The position numbers and the translations under genes are program-made. DNA of 64,000 bases, from NCBI GenBank assembly GCA_040437565.1, contig JBDOQK010000036.1, positions 124,001 to 188,000 of the forward strand, written 5' to 3'. The DNA is from Albugo candida. Taxonomy: Eukaryota. This document shows, piece by piece, positions 1 to 11,789 of this stretch (the first letter of the stretch is position 1; each line of letters begins with the position of its first letter). The notes under the pieces are model-generated. The model saw nothing but the letters and a program-made list of their open reading frames with translations, was not told where the DNA came from and searched no databases.

Positions 1-580
1 TCACACTCCTTAGCGTCACGGATATATTTGATCTATACCATCGAACCATCACTAATAGCCTAACTCTCTTCGAAAACTTTCGCGGAAGATTCCACTGCTC
101 CATTATATCAAATTGCGCCAAAGAAGCCAGCGCACTAGAATTTGCACAGAGACCGACCCACAACACGAAACAATGGAGCTTAAATCCGATCAGAAGCAGC
201 TCCGTTACTGTACTACCACTAGTGATCACCTCATCGATCTATTAATGTATCGCTCTCGTCGCCACCTTTCGCTGCCGGGCTATAGAAAGCTTGCATGTTC
301 TTCAGAAGCTTCTAAAGGCATTTATGAGTGATCGGGTACACGCGTGATTGGTAATTTCACGCAATATCCCAAGCTATTATAATTGTTTTTTCAATCCAAT
401 TTAGCTAGCTTTATTATCGCTACATCACTGTGAATGGAAACGATATGAACACGCCCAATAGATGGGCAAAATTCGCCAGGAAATATGACCGCGGGGGAAC
501 AATTATGCAACAGATGCAATGAGCGTGCAAGCTAAATGGCAGAAACACAGTCCTTCTTTAATTGTCGATCCTAGCAAAAG

Positions 581-1174
581 TGTAACGGGGTTACACGTCG
601 ATTAGTAACCGTTGTGCAGTGTGGTACACATTTGGGACGCTTTGGGTTATTCGCTTTAGGAGCTGACGCGTGTCAGCCACCGGATATTAGTACCTAGGTT
701 AGGTACGTTTAGCGTAAGGTACTCTNNNNNNNNNNNNNNNNNNNNNNNNNNNNNNNNNNNNNNNNNNNNNNNNNNNNNNNNNNNNNNNNNNNNNNNNNNN
801 NNNNNNNNNNNNNNNNNNNNNNNNNGGTACACATTTGGGACGCTTTGGGTTATTCGCTTTAGGAGCTGACGCGTGTCAGCCACCGGATATTAGTACCTAG
901 GTTAGGTACGTTTAGCGTAAGGTACTCTACTAGATAAAATTAAATAAAGAACAGTTCCCCTTTAGATTAGTTAGAGACACGTGCCTGCTTCAGGCGTCTC
1001 AGATCTTGTGCACTTTGTGCTGTGTTGTCGATTCCCGGAATCGTTAGGTCCCTTGAAGAAGGACCTTAAGCGTTCAAGCTTGTTGACTCGTTGATTCTAG
1101 TTCTTTTAAAGAACTAAGTTGCTCGTTGAGTAGATAGCCTTCCTCTGGCAAGGAGCTACAGTAGCTCCACTACA
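581..1174. mobile_element. Solo LTR of an LTR retrotransposon (about 390 bp after collapsing the gap duplication)
   Basis: Starts TGTAACGGGG and ends CCACTACA (TGTA...TACA termini). Flanks are AAAAG (576-580) and CAAAG (1175-1179), a 5-bp TSD with one mismatch. Non-coding. Contains an N gap with duplicated flanks. Confidence 0.65.
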
Positions 1175-2549
1175 CAAAGCGATAATCCGCGATGATCAAA
1201 ACCTCACATCAACTGCGTGCGAAATTCCCAATCATGCTATCGCCATTGCCAACCTCAATTTCAATAAATCCGTTGGCTGCTGTGCCAATTTTCGGCCGAT
1301 TATTATTCTCGACATCACGCGCAAAACCAAATCAAAGGTCTTTCTTAATCGGATTTCAAGAATAGTAATTGAATGGCCATCGTCTGGCCGAAGTTGCTGT
1401 CGACTCTCCGCACAACCACTTTCTCTTGTTCATTACTATTGGCCATACGCTATCAAACCAAGGATTTCTGCAGGTAGCAGATATTGGGGTGATCGAAATA
1501 GATAAGCTGCCTCAACCGACAATTCATATGGTATGGGCCTGCCCATATCGTATCGCAATAATGCGCCAATTCCATACAAATATGAATACTCTCATAATTG
1601 AGCTCATTCAGCCATTTTGTACTCTCGATAAACATAAATTGCCTCTCGGTCTCATCTTTATAATGAACAAAGATGAACTGCAGCTAATAAAAGAGCTCCT
1701 TGTTGACACCGCAAAACAATTCTCTCTCTCTACGCGAGCTCAACATCATGTGTGTCCTTTTTCCTTCAACCCTACTCGCCTTGATCATATTCTGACTGCA
1801 TTGAGCTGGGTTTCCACTTATGGTGATTAACTTACAACTTCGACAAAACAGAGCCGACAACTATTGCCCGCGCATCGTGTTCAGCTGATAAAATCTGGAG
1901 CAAACGGATCAAATGGCTGAAATTTTCTGGTTATCATATATCAGCGAAAAATAAATATAGCGGTTACTTTCCAGAATTATTTGTAAGATGCGGGGTCTTA
2001 TCGAGCGCAATATCAACAGCTTGAGCTTATCACTATCGTCACCTCCTTCAAGCTGTTCGTATATGATATCACTATCTTAGCAGCAACAAAAATTTTACAA
2101 GTTATACTTTACAAAACCGCTCCGTATCGATAACAATATCAATGATGCCCTACCGTGATTGAACACCTCCCTGCCTCCCAACGAACATCGACAAATTTTC
2201 AAGACACCCCACATCCCGCATTCCGCATCAAAAAGGATCTACACAAGTTCTCAATGCTTTTCAAATCGTAAACAATGGAAAATTCTAACGCAGCATTACG
2301 GCAGTATCCAGGAAAGGTTCTATTAGACTAAAAAATGTCTGTTGCAGGAAGCCAGAGTCACGTTTCGATGTCACTGTGTGAGCACTTTAGAGATTAATAA
2401 AGATACGAATATCTCAAATTGTTCCTAATTGCATCGACAATCGACGTAGAACTGGATAGAGTATCTTGCATCTCACCAGGTACGCCCGTTAGACTTTCGA
2501 GAAGATTACAAGTTGACATCGGCTCTTGCAATATATGCCATTTTGGATG

Positions 2550-2807
2550 TGTTGAAAGATGGTTTCTGATCGAGTGGAATGTTGCCAGGTCTCTGGCCGC
2601 CTCGGTACCACTTCTGACAGGATTTGAAAATTTAAGTCCAGCAGGCGACAGAAGAGGCAGTACGGTGCGAAATGATGCAGGGTCCGATATTTTATGAGAG
2701 AAGGAGTGGATAGAAAACAGGTTACTCGTAGGTACGAGAGTAAAGAGTGGTAAAATACTTACTCTACAAAAACACTTCTTTGTAGAACTTCCTAGCGTGC
2801 TTTGAAA
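2550..2807 (+). repeat. 5' LTR of the Copia element
   Basis: Begins TGTTGAAAGATGG and shares blocks (TTGCCAGGTCTCTGGCCGCCTCGGTAC, GGTTACTCGTAGGTACGAGAGTAAAGA) with 8114-8353. Followed immediately by the PBS. Confidence 0.9.
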
Positions 2808-2820
2808 GGTTATGAGCCCA
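2808..2820 (+). promoter_or_regulatory. Primer-binding site complementary to the tRNAiMet anticodon arm
   Basis: GGTTATGAGCCCA directly after the 5' LTR. Its reverse complement TGGGCTCATAACC matches the initiator tRNA anticodon stem-loop (copia-type half-tRNA primer). Confidence 0.8.
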
Positions 2821-5800
2821 ATGGCGGTTGAAAAAGTCTCCAAAGGCGCTACACCAGACTACGCAGCGAACGCGTACGTGGAAGAAGCTCAGGTGGCCGC
2901 TCGCGAAAGGGTTGCCAGTGAGGAGTACTTGGACACTTGTGGAAGGGGTGTGACATGTGTGGAATCTTTACCAGGCAGTGACATTACGACAGAGCTGGCA
3001 AAGATTTCTTCTAGACTAGACTCGATGGAATAGATCGTATCTCATGGTTTGTATGGAGGTGGATTTGGGTCGATGCGGGCGGGTACCACGGCCTGACGCG
3101 AAAGTGGACTTTGGAATTGGTGGGATGACCTCAAGTTTCTTTGCCCAGCGTAGTGAAGTTCATGGTCCTGGTGCTCGAGCGTGACAAGAGAAGGTTCAAG
3201 CGCAGTACCACCCAGCAGCAGCTCGGACGAGCGCGAGTGCATGTAGCACCAATTCCAGCATGAGTTGCATCAAGGGGCTGCTGAGTTGCACCAAGGAGAA
3301 GAGAAGCTCCGAGAAGAGAAGCTCCGAGAAGAGCTCCGGCGCCAAAAAGATTTTAATATGCGCTTGCAATAACAGCTAAATTTACGCGCTGGGGATAAAC
3401 CCATGGAATTTCGTGAGGTGGGCGAACTGAACCCGAACTATGTCAAGAATCCTAATGCGAGTGAAGGCAAGATACGCATCGATCCTTCTGATAAACCTGA
3501 AGTATACAAGGGACTTGGAGCTGGATTTGTGCAATGGGGTCAGCTGTTGCTCGTAAAAATTGACTTAGCTGAGTGAGCGTGTGGATTGAGAATAAGGTAT
3601 CCCGATTTGGAGAATTTCTTCACGGTAACACTGCGAGATACTTCAACCAGCGTGTGCGCAGTTGGTGTACAATAAATCCGACTCTTCGTTTCGTTATGGA
3701 CAAGATCGTGGATTCATATCGCGTTGGTTTCTCAAAACATCAGACTAAAAAGCTGTTTGCAGAACGGAAGGATAAAGGGCGATCATGGAATGACCATTTA
3801 CTTCATCTGATGGCCCAACAAGAGTTGAAAAACTCTGGTGAAGAATTAATTTTGGAGAACATTGTGGAATTATACTCAACCGGAGTCTTAATCACTGATG
3901 ATCAGTCAATACAAACAGTGTCGCACGGACTACTTGAGTCACGCTGAAGAAATTGTATCGTTTATACAAGGACTGGAGGATGAGACAGTACGTGATCAAC
4001 ACACTGGTCGAGAGCTAGTCAATGCAGTTACGGATACAATAAATTGTTAGAATTGCAACCAAGCTGGTTACCTCGCCCGTAATTGCAGAGATAAAGGAAG
4101 ACCAAATGAAAACGAAACCAAGAAAAGCTCTAGACCGAGTAATGGAAACAAGTGGGCATTTGCTGAAACCAATTGTGATGACCTGAGCGACTATGATTGG
4201 ATTCTTGACACGGGTGCAAGCTGTCATTTGGTTCGTGATGTGTCCATGATGACCAATATCGAGAGATGTCCAAACAGTGAAGCAATTCGACAGCCGAATG
4301 GCAACCCAATTGCAGGGTACTTGCAGTGGAAGAGCTCTCTTGCACACCCGTTGATGGCGTCAACACTGAGATTGAATTGTCAGGTGTATATCAATCCCCT
4401 CACCATACAAGGAGTTTGGTGTCTTACGGGCGTCTAGCAGACGGTGGGTGTTTTCTTAGACAGTCGAATAGGCGCCATGCTTTCCTGAACAATGGATCTA
4501 TGGTATTTTATGTAAAGATGAAGAATCATGTAATGGTTGTGGATCGAACGATTGATTCCAGAGATAATTGTGACCTTGGAGAGGTTGTGTTAAGTGCAGG
4601 AGCTACGGTTGATTCTGGCCAAGCCGTACAGAAGGGTACATTAATGTACTTCCACAGGCGTTTTCGTCTTTTTTTTGAAGTTCGACACGATTAAGCGTCT
4701 TTCAAGTACGCCTCAGTCAGAAACTGAGTTGACGGATCATGCTCAAGCGCAATATTTATCTTGTGCACAAGGAAAACAGACAAGCGCATCTAAACCGAAG
4801 AAAGACACTGGCTCGAGCGCACTGACGGATTGTGTTGGAGGGGTGATATGTAGCGACCTTAAGGGTCCGATCACACCGCGAGATCGCAGAGGCAACAGAT
4901 ACCTAGTCAATTTTGTTGACCACAAGACCAACTATTGCCGCATTTTCTCGCTAAAACGAAGGATCAAGCTGCCAAAAGATTTGAAGATTTTTCAATTTTT
5001 TCGAGAAGCGTTACGATTGCCGCGTGCACGTGCTGCGCACCGATGGAGGTGGTGAATACAAGAACGTTGATTTGTTTTGGTCGTAAGACAGGACTTGCGC
5101 AAAAAACCACGGAGGCTGGTAACCAGGCAGGAAATTGTAAGGCGGAGAGTATGCACCGGACGGTGGTGAATATGGTTCGATGTATGATCTTTTCGAGCGA
5201 TTTACCCCTTTCCTTTTGGGGAGATGCTTCCAAATATGCGGCTTACGTTCTGAACAGAATGCCAAACCACTCTAATACTGAGCGGGATTTTCCTGTCGAG
5301 ATGCTATCAGAAAAGCGTCCCAGTCTTGTGGATATTGTCGCGTTTGGCTCAAAATGCGATGTGTTCCCCGATCCTAAGAACGACTCGCTGAAGCGGAGGT
5401 CCGAGAATGTAATAATCGTGGGGAAAAACGATAAAAGAAAGGCTTTCGCGTGTGGCTTCCTCGTGATCGCATTGTTATTACTACCCGTCACGTACGTCAC
5501 GTTAAGATGCTTATTGACGTTGACAATAAGCACTTGGAGAAGCTATTACGTACAGAGAATGAGAGTGACCTGGAAGAGCTAGCACGCAAGCATCAAGGTC
5601 AGCGTACAAGTGCGCCTAGCCAAGTGACCGAATTGTTCCGGGGTTAAGACGATGTAAGCGTACTCCACGAAAGTCAATTCGAAAAGCGGAGGTGGACATG
5701 GGCTGTTTACTCTGTTTAAAGCCATCTCGCGAGCTTGTTAATGCGGTCACTACGGTCGTTCGAATGGATCCCTCACCACATTATGGTGATGTGGTGAATG

Positions 5801-8093
5801 CCGTAGTTGCTACCGTTCTGCAATTTTACCAATCTGAATTCGAGCATCTGTCCGATCCGAAGAACTATCGCGAGGCGATGCGCAGTCCGGACAAGAAGTT
5901 ATGGGAGCGTGCTGAGCAAAATGAGTTAACATATTTGCGTCCAAATAATACGTGAATAGTGGTTAAAATGAGTCCTGAATTTCCTCTATTACATAACAAG
6001 TGGGTATATAAAACGAAACGCACGAGTGGTGGGGCAATCGAACGTTACAAAGCAAGACTTGTTGCGTGTGGTAATGATCAAGTACTCGGTGTGAACGTTT
6101 TGTTTCCTTTGCCGCTTTGTTGAATACGACGAGTGCAAAAGGCTATTTTAGCCATTGCGTGTAGTTGGTGTACACCAGCCAGGCATTTTGATGTGCCAAG
6201 TGCTTATGTACGTGCTGCTAAAGAAGATGTAGTGGATATACATCTTCATATTCCTGATGGAATGAACTTAACGTCGCAGGAGCTATCAGATTATGATGTG
6301 CAAACCGTCAAGGATCTTTCACTTNNNNNNNNNNNNNNNNNNNNNNNNNNNNNNNNNNNNNNNNNNNNNNNNNNNNNNNNNNNNNNNNNNNNNNNNNNNN
6401 NNNNNNNNNNNNNNNNNNNNNNNNATGTGGTGAATGCCGTAGTTGCTACCGTTCTGCAATTTTACCAATCTGAATTCGAGCATCTGTCCGATCCGAAGAA
6501 CTATCGCGAGGCGATGCGCAGTCCGGACAAGAAGTTATGGGAGCGTGCTGAGCAAAATGAGTTAACATATTTGCGTCCAAATAATACGTGAATAGTGGTT
6601 AAAATGAGTCCTGAATTTCCTCTATTACATAACAAGTGGGTATATAAAACGAAACGCACGAGTGGTGGGGCAATCGAACGTTACAAAGCAAGACTTGTTG
6701 CGTGTGGTAATGATCAAGTACTCGGTGTGAACGTTTTGTTTCCTTTGCCGCTTTGTTGAATACGACGAGTGCAAAAGGCTATTTTAGCCATTGCGTGTAG
6801 TTGGTGTACACCAGCCAGGCATTTTGATGTGCCAAGTGCTTATGTACGTGCTGCTAAAGAAGATGTAGTGGATATACATCTTCATATTCCTGATGGAATG
6901 AACTTAACGTCGCAGGAGCTATCAGATTATGATGTGCAAACCGTCAAGGATCTTTCACTTTGGAGAGAAGCCTTTCTGGTTTGAGGAAAGCTGGAATACT
7001 ATGGCACCAGCTGCTACATACAACACTCACCAACAAAGGATTTATTCAATGCATTACGGACACATGCATGTATGTCAAGTCAGACGTTGATGGGACTACT
7101 CTTGTTGGTACCTATGTGGATGATCTCTTGGTTACTGGTACCAGAAATGAGCGTGTTGACGTTTCCTTTCACGAATAGCGTGCCTTAAACTGAAAGAGCT
7201 TGAACTTGCCGAGAAATCTCTTGGTATGCGTGTTCACTATGATTTCACGTCTGGGTACACGATCGATCAGGAGCGGTGTATTCTTGAGTTAGTATCTATG
7301 AGCGGTCTCGATAAAGCCAACTCCGTGCGAGGTCCAGAGATCTTTTGTCTGATGATCAATTTGGAGAAGATGCGTTGCTGCCGGCAGTGGGTTTTGGTGC
7401 ACCTTAGCACCCGACAATCAACACTTTTCAGTCGCTGCTTAGGATTTTACTTTGGATTTCTCGCTGCACCCGATCAGATATATCTTTTGCTGTACACCAT
7501 GCTTTTCGGCGTGCACATGTGCCAACTTTTGGCGATTTGAAGTTGGCGAAAAGGATTATGCGATACTTGGCTGGAAGTGAAAATCTAAAGTTAGCCATGT
7601 ACTGTGACGATGTACCGAGCCTACCACTTCGCATCGATTGTTTTACTGATGCTGAGTTTTCTGGAGATAAGCGAGACAGAAAGTCCGTTAGTGATGGAAT
7701 TACTCGAATCAATGGAATGATCGTGGGATGGAATTGCAAAAGCAAACGGCAGTGGCGCTGTCGACGTCTGAATCTGAATATGTGGTTGCGTCACTCGGCG
7801 CAAAAGAGCTTCTTGGTTTAAAAGAGTTGGCGGGAGAGCTTGGACTCCAAGTTGCGCTTCCTATGAGCATGAAAATGAACAACCAAGCTGGTATTAGGCA
7901 AGTTGAGAACGAAGCGAGTTCATGCAAGGCCAAGCATGTGGATGTGCGTCTGAAGCTTACTTGTGATTACTACCATAAAGGTACTATTTAACCTAACCAT
8001 GTGACCATGCACGATACGCTAGCTGGCATCCTGACTAGGCCAATCTCAGCGCCTCGACTTCAAGCTTTGCGTGCTGCTGTTGGTCTCGAGTAG
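2812..8093 (+). pseudogene. Disrupted gag-pol polyprotein of the Copia element
   Basis: Fragmented ORFs 3573-3947, 4675-5055, 4935-5582, 5692-5955, 6769-7178, 7519-7991 carry PR/INT/RT/RH motifs in shifting frames. 5789-6324 is duplicated across a gap. Confidence 0.9.
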
Positions 8094-8103
8094 GCACAAG
8101 CCC

Positions 8104-8113
8104 AGGGGAGGAG
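8104..8113 (+). promoter_or_regulatory. Polypurine tract
   Basis: AGGGGAGGAG immediately before the 3' LTR start TGTTCTAAGATGG. Confidence 0.85.
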
Positions 8114-8353
8114 TGTTCTAAGATGGTGTCTGATCTATTGGGATATTGCCAGGTCTCTGGCCGCCTCGGTACTACTTCTGACAGGTTTAACTCCATCAGG
8201 CGACAGAAGAGGCAGCACGGTGTGAAGTGCCGATATTGTATGAGAAAAAGAGTGGATAAAAAGCAGGTTACTCGTAGGTACGAGAGTAAAGACCAGTAAT
8301 ATACTTACTCTGCAAAAACATTTCTATGGAGAGCTTCCTAGCGTGTTTAAAAA
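8114..8353 (+). repeat. 3' LTR of the Copia element
   Basis: Homologous to 2550-2807 with many substitutions and indels. Followed by TSD GGATG. Confidence 0.9.
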
Positions 8354-8422
8354 GGATGTTTTCGTAGTGTTCAATCGAGAAATATTGGGAATCGTTCCAA
8401 CGGGCAGTGAAGCATCTGATAA

Positions 8423-9213
8423 CTAGCCTTCCTCCTCGAGCTTGCGTTTGCTACACCGATGTCTTTGTATCGTGCTAGGTACAGGAACTTGCCTTCTTAC
8501 CCGTATCTGCCTGTTTGCAATCGAAGCCAAAATGTTTCTCGTGTTGATGCCATTGGCATGCGGTGCAAAATTCCGTAGCACTCGATTATGTCGCGTCTCT
8601 TGAGGAATCCGTCTTCTTAGTTGACGTCGTACATACTGTTCTTGGCCAGATATGAATCGTACGAAATTGCCACCGTTACAACTTCGCTGATGAACGATCC
8701 CGAATCCATGAACCTTTGCTGTAGGTTCCGGATGTGTCGTAAGACGCGCCTCGATGTTTCCAAGACGATCTCGAACTGCTTCAATTCCTCCNNNNNNNNN
8801 NNNNNNNNNNNNNNNNNNNNNNNNNNNNNNNNNNNNNNNNNNNNNNNNNNNNNNNNNNNNNNNNNNNNNNNNNNNNNNNNNNNNNNNNNNNGCACAATTC
8901 TGTTGACCATGCTTCGTTGAGACTCGATCAGCGAGTCAAGCCTTGTGTTGATTCCCAGGCGATCGTTTCGATGCTCCGTCGCCATTCGATCGATAAAGAG
9001 ATCTTTCTCATTGAGGTTCTTCATCAGATCTTGACTTTGCTTCATCAGATCTTGAATTTGCTTCATCAGATCTTGAATTTGCTTCCGCGAACTCTCCTTT
9101 TCCTCTTGAACTTGCAGGATGAGTCTCCAGAAGCTATCTTTTTCCTTTTGTAGTTGCTGAATTTGCTCTCTGAAGATGCCATTCTCAGCGCCGAGGACAT
9201 CTGCTTCTGTCAT
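8423..9213 (-). CDS. Coiled-coil protein with a putative DUF3627-like (viral BRO-associated) C-terminal domain; spans an N gap, possibly a pseudogene
   Basis: ATG at 9213 (MTEADVLG...) with heptad coiled coil. Downstream of the gap, an open frame 8791-8423 reads GGIEAVRDRLGNIEARLTTHPEPTAKVHGFGIV...FVRFISGQEQYVRRQL...PHANGINTRN...EEEG*. Family assignment is by eye. Confidence 0.5.
9019..9085. repeat. 21-bp tandem repeat (3+ copies) encoding a coiled-coil heptad
   Basis: CTTCATCAGATCTTGA(C/A)TTTG x3, encoding QIQDLMK/QSQDLMK on the minus strand. Confidence 0.9.
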
Positions 9214-11789
9214 GGTCAAATGCAGGCTATTTTGTTTTTGAAAAGGGAGAGAGTGAATAGGATATACAGTGTCTTTTCGTTTAAGTATTATTTGTCGAGC
9301 TGGGATGATAGTGTGCAATACTGTACATTAGTAAATACTTGGGCATAGAGGGCTCCTATAATTTTATCATTATGATACAACTATAATCGAGATAGTATTG
9401 ACCCGTTATAATCAAAAAAAGAAAAAGAAATGAAGCCCGCGCTTAGTAGCAAGAACGCAAGAACGACTTCGATTGATTCCTGAGCACGATATGTGACGAT
9501 AAGAAGCATGATTTAGTAACGAGAATAATATAAGTAATGACCTTCACCACGCCTCGCACTCATTCTGTGTGCCGCATTCACTTGTAAGATTCTCAATTGA
9601 GAACTCCAAAGTCAGATCCATACCTACCGTTATTGTATTGGCATCATCACTTACATTTATTTGTCGAATCCAGTACTGTAGTAGCAAAGCTTGTACACAT
9701 TGCTTGAGCTTGATACACTTGAAATAACGAATATCAACGGTCTAGAGCTCAATGCGATCGAGCTATATTGCAGAGTAAAAAAAATCGAATGGCTTCAGCA
9801 TATAGTGATCTTCACGTTCAGAAATCTTCCCATCTTCTGAAATATTACACATTTTACGGAACAAACAACTAGAGCAACACATGATGCCTTATCTTCATGA
9901 AAGGTCCTTATATTCATGTAGAGAAATAGCTCGGGAACAAATTCTGATGAGAATGAAGCCATGCAGTAGTTCAAGTAAAGTCACGGAGCAAGATTGAATC
10001 ACAATACTTCAGTTAGGCTATAGTCACTGAGTCTCTAGACCTAGGAAAGGTTGACGGTTTGATGTAGACGCCAAGATTGATATTTTCCTGATAGGTGCAG
10101 CTCTTGGATGTCATGTTTTCGAAACCAAGTCTGTGCATAACATTAAGGGATATGTCGGATATGCAAATTAAAGGAATTGTGAAGTGGACGAATGGCGAAT
10201 GGTAACATCCTGTTCCAACAGAGCAATCATTCACAAACTATGACGGATAAAGAAGCGTGCGGCTGTCTTCTTATTATGTCTACATCAAAGCGATTCATTC
10301 ATGAAATGTGAACCAGTATCGAATAGACGAAGCGGTGCAAGGTGGCTCAATCAGCCTCGCCATTAATCAATATGGTTCAATTCAAGGCACTGGAAAGGAT
10401 GGAGAGATATCCAGAAAAGGCTCCCCTTTTGGACCATGGAAGGAAAATATCTCTTCGGGAAATACTTTTCATAATGGTGGAAGTGAAGAAGACCAAAAGC
10501 AAATCTAATGTGTTGGCGCGCATAGCTCATGATATACGTATGTCTCTGAGCTGATCGTTTGAATATTATCATGACTTTTAAGAAAACGTACCGGCTCCTG
10601 TTTTCAGATTGCTTGAGGTGAGAAGTATTTCGATGGGACAGCTGCGAAGGCAGAAAGGAAAAAAAGCAACCGTGGGGATGATGGACATCACTTCATTGTG
10701 TGCTGAGGAGGTTCAGAAAATCAGAATCCTGTACATACCCCAGCCAGACCGGATATAGTCGAGAGAAGAAACTTTCGTATAACACAATGATTGCAATTCT
10801 AGTACGTTAGCTCCCGGATGGACAAAAGCATTCTATGCGTAGGATTTTCACACATTCCTAATCGATCATTCGGTGCAAAATTGCTCTTCGATCGATGAAG
10901 AAGTACTTCCGTTGAATCCGCTTCTGTATGATGTTTCTTTTGTCTTAGTTCTTCGTTCTGCTTCTCGAGGTCGTCTTCTTGTTGAAAGACGATGCTCAAG
11001 AAATCTACTCCAAAAGGAGCAAATTTAAAAGGACAAGATATGTAAACAGGTCGAAGTACTTCAACAAGAAAAAGTTATAAAGGGCAGGATATCTGCTTCG
11101 ATTTAGGTACTCAAACAAGAGCAGTCAAATATATGTATAGTGCGTCTTAGCTGAGCAATAATATTTAGTGTGTTGCATGGTACAAAAGTCAGTCCTGACA
11201 TAACTTGAAACTCCTCGAATTAGCCTATACAGGCAATTTCTTCATCATAAGTTTAAATGACGGTTTTAGCAACAGCAGACTATTAGATCAGAATCATAAA
11301 CCAGTCAATCACATATGTGCTCTTCGTTTCGTTGCCAAGAAATTAACTATTTAGTCCAAGCAAAACGCGATATTACACAACAATGTAGCATACATTCGTA
11401 ATTACACAATCATGTGAGCGTTCTGGAAAACCATTCATTTTCGCTTTTGCGGTTTTGTTGACACCCCGATGATTATGAATACAGGCACACTGTGACTCAC
11501 AGTGCTGATAAGATGATGTATGCTTTATTCGCTAGACAGTATATGAAGGGATTATAAGACAATATACAAAACTGCAAGCGTCGTGTGAGGTTGCACAGTG
11601 TAGTGATATGAACGCATTAAGCTTTCAATTATAAATACAAAACAGTTTCCTAACGTTATCTCATTCAACCAAATCGAATCATGCCTTCATCACAGGCCCT
11701 CGCACACCTTACTCTATTCTTCAATACATTTGTGTGACTGGGAGCGAACGGCGTCTATCGCTTTCGTATGAGCTTCAGTTTTGATTGAT

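Larger units (their letters stand above)
2550..8353 (+). mobile_element. Full-length degenerate Ty1/Copia LTR retrotransposon
   Basis: Two homologous LTRs, perfect GGATG TSD (2545-2549 and 8354-8358), PBS and PPT. Domain remnants in Copia order: gag Zn knuckle (C*NCNQAGYLARNC ~4045-4085), protease (DWILDTGASCHLV ~4195), integrase (SDLKGPITP...YLVNFVDHKT), RT (KWVYKTK...RYKARLVA, YVDDLLV), RNase H (FTDAEFSGD...RKSVS, KQTAVALSTSESEY). Many stops and frameshifts. Confidence 0.95.

Noticed and set aside
1180-2540. ORFs 1369-1830 (+) and 1453-1635 (-) as genes
   Set aside because: Non-ATG or short, with no recognisable motifs; probably decayed sequence that cannot be assigned by eye.
3296-3337. 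15-bp tandem repeat GAGAAGAGAAGCTCC
   Set aside because: Only a local slippage duplication within decayed gag; not a CRISPR or structured array.
5789-6960. Apparent 536-bp tandem duplication in the Copia RT region
   Set aside because: The copies appear identical and flank a 100-N gap; same artefact pattern as the other gaps.
8617-8791. C-terminal part of the 233-aa ORF in the track (EELKQFEIV...)
   Set aside because: The frame across the arbitrary 100-N gap is meaningless. Another frame stays open longer (to 8423) and has recognisable motifs.
10013-11000. Short ORFs as possible secreted CHxC/RxLR effectors
   Set aside because: No convincing signal peptide plus effector motif, and the frames are interrupted by stops.
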